Of a DNA stretch of 64,000 nt, positions 16,093 through 21,901 are shown in pieces. The notes under the pieces are model-generated. The model had not been told where the DNA came from. It ran no database searches and was given only the letters and a program-made list of their open reading frames with translations. The translations under genes and the position numbers were made by a program. The DNA lies in the NCBI GenBank assembly GCA_046331285.1, contig JAXLRD010000013.1, positions 18,700 to 82,699 of the forward strand, written 5' to 3'. The DNA comes from Vicinamibacteria bacterium (GTDB lineage Bacteria; Acidobacteriota; Vicinamibacteria; Fen-336). Every line of letters starts with the position of its first letter. Positions within the stretch are counted from its first letter, which is position 1.

Positions 16093-17594
16093 GCCCCGCC
16101 CCCGATCCGCCAGTGGCCGAGGCTCGACCACGGGTCGTCGGTCGCCGCGCCGCCGCCTCCTCCCGCCGGCCGCGCGCCAGCGGCGCGCAGCGCGGCGGCG
16201 ATCGCGGCGACCGCGACGGCCGGGGGGCAGGGCCCGGGCGTCAGCTCCGAGAGGTGCTCCTCGATGAAACCCGTGTGCAGCGCTCCCGCGGCGAAGGCCG
16301 GGTGCTCGACGATCGCGCGCAGGCGCGCGAGGTTCGTGCGCACGCCGAGGACGACCGTGTGCCGCAGCGCGTCGCGCATGCGCTCGACCGCCTCGGCGCG
16401 GCCGCCGCCCCAGGTGATCACCTTGGCGAGCAGCGGATCGTAGTGGACCGACACCTCGGCGCCGCGCGCGAGGCCCGAGTCCACGCGCACCCCGGGCCCC
16501 GCGGGCTCCGAGAGGTGCAGCACCCGGCCCGGCGAGGGCAGGTCGTCCCTCTCCGGGTCCTCCGCGTAGAGCCGGCACTCGAGGGCGTGGCCCCGCCGGA
16601 CGAGGCCGTCCTGCTCGAAGCCGATCGGCCGACCGGCCGCGACCTCCAGCTGGAGGCGCACGAGGTCGAGTCCCGTCACCGCCTCGGTCACCGGGTGCTC
16701 GACCTGGAGGCGCGTGTTCATCTCGAGGAAGGCGAAGGCGCCGTCGGGCCCGAGCAGGAACTCGACGGTGCCCGCGTTGACGTAGGCCGTCGCGCGCGCC
16801 GCGGCCACGCCGGCCGCGCACAGGGCGTCGCGCGACCGCGCGTCGAGGGCCGGGCTCGGGGTCTCCTCGACGACCTTCTGGTGGCGGCGCTGCACCGAGC
16901 ACTCGCGCTCCCCGAGGTGGAGCGTCCGGCCGCTCCCGTCGGCGAGCACCTGAACCTCGACGTGCCGGGGGCGCTCGACGAACCGCTCGAGGACCATCGC
17001 GTCGTCGCCGAACGCGGCCTTCGCCTCGCGGCGGGCGGAAGCGAGGGCCGCGGCGAAGTCGGCCTCCCCGCGCACGACGCGCATGCCCTTGCCGCCGCCG
17101 CCGCGCGAGGGCTTGATCATCAGCGGCCAGCCGACGCGGCGCGCCTCCGCGGCGAGGGTCGCGTCCTGCTGGTCGTCGCCGTCGTAGCCCGGGAGCACGG
17201 GCACGCCGGCCGCGGCCATCATCCTCCGGGCGGCCTTCTTGTCGCCCATCCGGCGGTGGACGTCGCCCGGAGGCCCCACGAACACCAGCCCGGCGTCCCG
17301 TACCGCGTCGGCGAAGTCGCCGTTCTGGCTCAGGAACCCGTAGCCGGGGTGGACCGCGTCGGCGCCCGTGCGGCGCGCCGCGGCGAGGATGGCGTCGATC
17401 GAGAGGTAGGACCGCCCGGCCTCCGCGGGCCCGATCTCCACCGCCTCGTCCGTCTCGCGCACGTGGCGGGCGCCCCGGTCGGCCTCGGAGAAGACGGCGA
17501 CCGTCGGCAGCCCCATGACCCGGCAGGTCCGCGCGACCCGGACCGCGATCTCGCCGCGGTTCGCGATCAGGACCTTGCGGAAGGGCCGGGCCAT
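16089..17594 (-). CDS. liuD: methylcrotonyl-CoA carboxylase alpha, biotin carboxylase part
   Basis: MARPFRKVLIANRGEIAVRVARTC...GGGGKGMRVV...EMNTRLQVEHPVTE. 501 aa, ending at a G-rich run just before the BCCP frame begins. Confidence 0.9.
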   Translation of the reverse strand: MARPFRKVLIANRGEIAVRVARTCRVMGLPTVAVFSEADRGARHVRETDEAVEIGPAEAGRSYLSIDAILAAARRTGADAVHPGYGFLSQNGDFADAVRDAGLVFVGPPGDVHRRMGDKKAARRMMAAAGVPVLPGYDGDDQQDATLAAEARRVGWPLMIKPSRGGGGKGMRVVRGEADFAAALASARREAKAAFGDDAMVLERFVERPRHVEVQVLADGSGRTLHLGERECSVQRRHQKVVEETPSPALDARSRDALCAAGVAAARATAYVNAGTVEFLLGPDGAFAFLEMNTRLQVEHPVTEAVTGLDLVRLQLEVAAGRPIGFEQDGLVRRGHALECRLYAEDPERDDLPSPGRVLHLSEPAGPGVRVDSGLARGAEVSVHYDPLLAKVITWGGGRAEAVERMRDALRHTVVLGVRTNLARLRAIVEHPAFAAGALHTGFIEEHLSELTPGPCPPAVAVAAIAAALRAAGARPAGGGGGAATDDPWSSLGHWRIGGGA

Positions 17595-17601
17595 GCCGCG
17601 C

Positions 17602-19260
17602 TCAGCTCGTCTCCGGCCCGCCGAGCCACCGCGCGACGAGCACGGTCACGTCGTCGTACTGGGGCACGTCGGCCGCGAACTCCTCGACGCGGTCGACGAG
17701 GCCGCGGACGAGCGCGGCCGGGGGCGCGCCGGCCGAGGCCGCGAGGTGCTTCTCGAGGCGGAGGACGTGGAACTCCTCGCCCGCGGGGCTGCGCGCCTCG
17801 ACGACGCCGTCGGTGTAGAGGACGAGGGTGTCGCCCCGGCCGAGCCGCGCGGTCGCCCCGCGGTACTCCTGGCCCTCGACCGCCCCGAGCGCCGGCGCGG
17901 AGGGCTCGCCGAACACGACGAGCCGCCCCTCCCGGTCGAGGCGGTACGGCGGGTTGTGGCCGGCGTTCACGTACTCGAGCTCGCCCGTCGCGAGGTCGAG
18001 GCGGGCGACGAAGGCGGTGACGAACATCGCGCGGTCGTTGTCGCGCGCGAGCTCCGCGTTCATCCGCTCGACCGCGGAGGCCACGGTCGCGGCGCCCTGG
18101 GCGACGGCGCGGAAGAGCGTCTTCGTCACCGCCATGAAGAGGGCGGCCCCGACGCCCTTGCCGGAGACGTCGCCGATCATCAGCCAGACGCGCCCGCCGT
18201 CGCCGAGGACGTCGTAGAGATCGCCGCCGACGGAGCGCGCCGGCCGGAGGTTCGCCGCGACCTCGATCTCCGGCCGGTCCGGGAACGCCCGCGGCAGCAT
18301 CGCCATCTGGATGTCGTGGGCGAGCTCGAGCTCGCGGTCGAGGAGGCGCCGCCGGGCCGCCTCCTCGGTGAGGGCGATGTTGCGGATGCGGAGGGCGGCG
18401 GCCGAGGCCAGCGCCACGAGCAGCTCGAGGTCGCCTTCCTCGAAGGGACGCGGCCGGTGGGCGCAGCCGAGGGCGATCATGCCGAGGCAGCCCTCGTCGT
18501 CGAGAAGCGGGGCCGCGATCAGGGTGCGGACGCCGGAGATGACGAGGCTCTCCGACGCGGCGAAGCGCTCGTCGAGCCCGGTGTCGACGACGAGCGCGGC
18601 GACGCCCTTCTCGGTCACTTCCTGGGCGAGCCGCCGCGAGTAGCCGAAGTCGTCCTTCGTCCCCGGCGAGCGCCGGCTGGCCGCGCGGTCGAACGTGCCG
18701 TCCGGCCGCCGCAGGAACACGGCCCCCTGGTCGGGCGCGAGGTGGGTGAAGGCGCTCTCGAGGATGAGCTCGAGGAGCGCCTCGAGGGTGATCGGCGAGG
18801 CCAGGCGCTTGTGGACCTCGTTGAGGAGGCGCAGCCGGCCCGCCGCGCGCGCGTCGGCGGTGGGGGCCACTCCATCCTCCGAGGAGAGGAACACCGAGGC
18901 GTGGCGCAGGACCGTGCGGCCCGACAGCTCGCCGGCCTCGAGCCCGTCGTCGCCGCGCGCGACGGCCTCTTCGTCCTCGACCACGATGCGGCTCTCCGCG
19001 AGGCGGATGACGTCGCCGGCGCGGACGACCGTCGCCTCGCCGAGCGGCCGATCGTTGAGGTACGTCGTGTTCCGCGACCCGAGGTCCTCGAGGAACCACC
19101 CGCCCTCGCGCCGCGACAGCCGCGCGTGGAGCCGCGAGAGGAAGCGGTCGTTGACGACCACGTCGGCCTTGCTCGAGCGGCCGAGGACGAGCGAGTCGCC
19201 CTCGAGGGAGCGGACGAACGGCTCGCCCTCGCGCGGCTCGATCCGCAGGCGCAGGACCAC
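17602..19260 (-). CDS. FHA - GAF - PP2C (SpoIIE/RsbU-type) protein phosphatase
   Basis: FHA (LVLGRSSKADVVVNDRFLSRLHARL...NTTYLN), then GAF, then PP2C (VGGDLYDV...IGDVSGKGVGAALFM...NAGHNPP...LYTDGVVEA). GTG 19260 lies 2 nt after the STAS stop. The start is uncertain. Confidence 0.85.
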   Translation of the reverse strand: MVLRLRIEPREGEPFVRSLEGDSLVLGRSSKADVVVNDRFLSRLHARLSRREGGWFLEDLGSRNTTYLNDRPLGEATVVRAGDVIRLAESRIVVEDEEAVARGDDGLEAGELSGRTVLRHASVFLSSEDGVAPTADARAAGRLRLLNEVHKRLASPITLEALLELILESAFTHLAPDQGAVFLRRPDGTFDRAASRRSPGTKDDFGYSRRLAQEVTEKGVAALVVDTGLDERFAASESLVISGVRTLIAAPLLDDEGCLGMIALGCAHRPRPFEEGDLELLVALASAAALRIRNIALTEEAARRRLLDRELELAHDIQMAMLPRAFPDRPEIEVAANLRPARSVGGDLYDVLGDGGRVWLMIGDVSGKGVGAALFMAVTKTLFRAVAQGAATVASAVERMNAELARDNDRAMFVTAFVARLDLATGELEYVNAGHNPPYRLDREGRLVVFGEPSAPALGAVEGQEYRGATARLGRGDTLVLYTDGVVEARSPAGEEFHVLRLEKHLAASAGAPPAALVRGLVDRVEEFAADVPQYDDVTVLVARWLGGPETS

Positions 19261-19262
19261 GG

Positions 19263-19601
19263 CTACCCGGCGAGCCGCGCGAGCGCCTGCGGCCGCGCCG
19301 CCTCGATCGCGAACAGCGGCAGGAAGCCCGCGAGCTCGAGGACACCCTTCACCGCCGGCCCGAGGCCGCACAGGACGAGGGCGGCGGGAGGCTCCTTCAG
19401 CCGCTTCGCCGCCATCAGCAGCACGCGCAGGCCGGCGCTGCTGACGTACTCGACGCCGGCGAGGTCGAGCACCAGCCGGCGCTGGCCGGCGTCGATCCGC
19501 GTCACCACGAAGCGCTCGAGCTCGCTCGAGCTCACCGAGTCGAGGCGGCCGAGCGGCGCGATCACCAGCGCCCGCTCCGCCCGCTCCTCGTCGATCCGCA
19601 T
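19263..19601 (-). CDS. STAS-domain anti-sigma-factor antagonist (RsbV/SpoIIAA-like)
   Basis: 112 aa. LVLDLAGVEYVSSAGLRVLL contains the conserved phosphorylatable Ser context. ATG 19601 overlaps the upstream stop (TGATG). Confidence 0.88.
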   Translation of the reverse strand: MRIDEERAERALVIAPLGRLDSVSSSELERFVVTRIDAGQRRLVLDLAGVEYVSSAGLRVLLMAAKRLKEPPAALVLCGLGPAVKGVLELAGFLPLFAIEAARPQALARLAG

Positions 19602-20056
19602 CACCCGCCCTCCTGGCCCTCGATCGCGACGAGACGCCGCCGCAGACGCAGGCGGTTCGTCCCGCCGGCGCGCTCGTAGACCACCTCGTCCATCAGACGC
19701 CGCACGAGCGCGATGCCGAGCCCGCCGATCGGACGCTCCTCGACCCCCAGCGCCGTGTCGGGCGCAGCCGCGGAGAGCGGGTCGAAGGCCGGGCCGTCGT
19801 CTTTCACCACGACCTCGCACGCCGGCGCCCCGGCCGACGCGTCGAGCGCGAACTCGACCTCGACCCTCGCGTCCGCGCGCCCGCCCGCGCCGTGGTGGAC
19901 GACGTTGGCCAGCACCTCGTCGAGCGACACCTCGACCGGCCAGGTCACCGCCTTCGAGAGGCTGGCGGCGGCGAAGAGGGCCGCGAGGGCATCGAGCGCC
20001 TCGCGGACACCCTCGTCGCTGGCCGGCACGCTGAGGCGTCGGGTCTCGAGCGACAT
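19601..20056 (-). CDS. RsbW/SpoIIAB-like HATPase_c serine kinase (anti-sigma regulatory factor)
   Basis: LDEVLANVVHHG (N box), VKDDGPAFDP (G1) and IGGLGIALVRRLMDEV (G2). ATG 20056 chosen because GAGGAG lies 6 nt upstream. The track ORF begins 13 codons earlier. Confidence 0.85.
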   Translation of the reverse strand: MSLETRRLSVPASDEGVREALDALAALFAAASLSKAVTWPVEVSLDEVLANVVHHGAGGRADARVEVEFALDASAGAPACEVVVKDDGPAFDPLSAAAPDTALGVEERPIGGLGIALVRRLMDEVVYERAGGTNRLRLRRRLVAIEGQEGG

Positions 20057-20173
20057 CCCGCTCCTCGCGACGGAGGAAAAAGTGGAGGGCATCATACAAC
20101 GGCGCCTCCGCGGGGCGCGGCTCGGCCGGATGTGCTAACGTCGCGCCAACTTTCCCTCGGCCTTCCGGTACTT

Positions 20174-20713
20174 ATGGTGGATGACGCTCCGGACAACGCT
20201 CTCGTCGCGCGCTGCCTCACGGGAGACGTCGAGGCCTTCGCACCTCTCGTGCGCCGCTACGAGCGCGTCCTCTACAACGTCGCCCTGCGGATGCTCGGCG
20301 ACCGGGAGGAGGCCCGGGACGTCACCCAGGACGCTTTCCTCAAGGCCTTCCAGAAGCTCGACACCTTCGACCCGAGCTACCGCTTCTTCAGCTGGATGTA
20401 CCGGATCGTGGTGAACGAGTCGCTGAACGCGCGGGGCCGCCGGGCGCCGGTGGCCCCCCTCGAGATCGACCTGCCGGCGGCCGCCCGCGCCGACGACGGC
20501 CTGAGGGAGCGCGAGGTGCGGGACCGGGTGCAGGCGGGGCTCGCGCGGCTGGCTCGGACCGACCGCGAGGTGATCGTCCTGAGGCACTTCGCGGAGCTCA
20601 GCTACGCCGACATCGCGGTGTCGCTGGGCATCGCCGAGAAGACGGTGAAATCGCGGCTCCACGAGGCGCGCCAGCGCCTCGGACGCGCCCTCGAACAGGG
20701 GATCCACGGATGA
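20174..20713 (+). CDS. ECF (sigma-70 family, group 4) RNA polymerase sigma factor
   Basis: Region 2 is FAPLVRRYERVLYNVALRMLGDREEARDVTQDAFLKAF...FFSWMYRIVVNESLN. Region 4 is REVIVLRHFAELSYADIAVSLGIAEKTVKSRLHEAR. Confidence 0.92.
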   Translation: MVDDAPDNALVARCLTGDVEAFAPLVRRYERVLYNVALRMLGDREEARDVTQDAFLKAFQKLDTFDPSYRFFSWMYRIVVNESLNARGRRAPVAPLEIDLPAAARADDGLREREVRDRVQAGLARLARTDREVIVLRHFAELSYADIAVSLGIAEKTVKSRLHEARQRLGRALEQGIHG

Positions 20714-21825
20714 GCGGCAAGACCCTCGAAGAGCTGATCGACGGCGAGGTCGAGGGGGCGAACACGCCCCTGGAGTCGGCCCGCCTCCGGGAGTGGGCCG
20801 CCCGCGAGCCGGCCGTCGCCGAGCGCCTCGAAGTCCACCGGAGGGCGGCGGCCGCGCTGGCCGAGGCCGCCCGGGAGAACGCCCCCGCGGGCCTCCGGGA
20901 CACGGTCCTCGAAAAGGTTCGAGCCGGGGGCTCGGAGAGCCAACTTTCCCCCGCGTCCAATGTACTGGTCGATAGCACCCCATCTGACGGGAACTGGGCC
21001 GGTCGGCGAGGCCGTGGAGGATCGAGCATGGCGACGAGCAGGAAGGTCTTGGTGGGCATCGCGGCGGCGGCCGTCCTCGCGATCGGCTACTTCGCCGTCA
21101 ACGGCTTCCCGCCGGTCGGCCCGGGCGCCGAGGGAACGGTCGGCGCGGCCAAGCGCTACCAGTCCGAGCAGATGAACGCCGGCGACGTGACGGTCCAGGA
21201 CGACGGTGTCCAGGCCCTGCTCCAGAGCGACGACTTCCGCCGCGTGGTCGCCGACAAGGAGACGCGGGCGATCCTGACGAGCCGCGAGTTCCAGAGGGCC
21301 GTCTCCGACGCCTCGGTGCAGGCCGTCCTCCACCAGCTCGCCACCGACAAGTCGTTCGCGGACAGCATCCGACTCGCCGCGGCCGACGGCGCGGCGCAGA
21401 AGCTGTTCGCCGACGCGGCTCGCAGCGCGGCGGCGGCTGATGCCGCTCGCTCCGGCGCGGCTGACGCGGCTCGCTCGGGTGCGGCTGATGCGGCTCGCTC
21501 CGGCGCGGCCGATGCCGCCCGCTCCGGCGCGGCCGACGCCGCTCGCTCCGGCCTGCTGAGCCTCGCCTCGCACAACCAGGCGTTCGCGCAGCTGGCCCGC
21601 AACGAGGCCTTCGCCAAGGCTCTCCAGAACGGCGCCTTCGCCAGCCTGCTGTCGAACCAGAGCTTCGCCGGATCTGATCAGCAACCCGGCCGCCGCCGGA
21701 CTGCTCTCGAGCGGCGCCTTCCAGCAGGCCATCGCGAGCGGCGCGGTGCAGAAGGCCGTCGACGCGGCCGCGGGCGGAGCGGCGGGCGGAGCGGTCGCCC
21801 GCTAGACCGGCAACGCCGGGCCTGA
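20710..21825 (+). CDS. putative single-pass anti-sigma factor with a repetitive extracytoplasmic domain
   Basis: ATGA overlap with the ECF gene. Cytoplasmic N-terminus of about 70 aa, TM VLVGIAAAAVLAIGYFAV, then an Ala/Phe-rich repeat region with (AADAARSG)x5. The last 50 codons look frame-shifted; an alternative frame ends at 21805. Confidence 0.6.
   Translation: MSGKTLEELIDGEVEGANTPLESARLREWAAREPAVAERLEVHRRAAAALAEAARENAPAGLRDTVLEKVRAGGSESQLSPASNVLVDSTPSDGNWAGRRGRGGSSMATSRKVLVGIAAAAVLAIGYFAVNGFPPVGPGAEGTVGAAKRYQSEQMNAGDVTVQDDGVQALLQSDDFRRVVADKETRAILTSREFQRAVSDASVQAVLHQLATDKSFADSIRLAAADGAAQKLFADAARSAAAADAARSGAADAARSGAADAARSGAADAARSGAADAARSGLLSLASHNQAFAQLARNEAFAKALQNGAFASLLSNQSFAGSDQQPGRRRTALERRLPAGHRERRGAEGRRRGRGRSGGRSGRPLDRQRRA
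21433..21552 (+). repeat. 24-bp tandem repeat x5 (plus a degenerate unit at 21409-21432), in frame, encoding AADAARSG
   Basis: gcggctgatgccgctcgctccggc and four near-identical units run head to tail. They differ mainly at third codon positions. Confidence 0.9.
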
Positions 21826-21840
21826 GGGTCCGGGTCGCTC

Positions 21841-21870
21841 GAGGAGCGCCGCCCGCGGGCGGCGCTCCTC
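21841..21870 (+). terminator. perfect 13-bp GC hairpin after the anti-sigma gene
   Basis: gaggagcgccgcc-cgcg-ggcggcgctcctc, followed by gacgcgTTTc. It lies 16 nt after stop 21825 and 32 nt before the next start. Confidence 0.6.
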
Positions 21871-21901
21871 GACGCGTTTCGACGGCTCGAGGAAGGAGAG
21901 C

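Noticed and set aside
17567-19345. 592-aa ORF overlapping the FHA-GAF-PP2C gene on the same strand
   Set aside because: It is an alternative frame with Arg/Pro/Gly composition. The neighbouring frame carries FHA, GAF and PP2C motifs.
20057-20173. ECF-type autoregulatory promoter (AAC...CGT) upstream of the ECF sigma gene
   Set aside because: I could find AAC and CGT/TCG triplets, but not at a convincing 16-17-nt spacing. This is not supportable by eye.
21433-21552. 24-bp tandem repeats as a possible CRISPR array
   Set aside because: The units are contiguous with no spacers and are in frame within a coding region. No cas genes are present.
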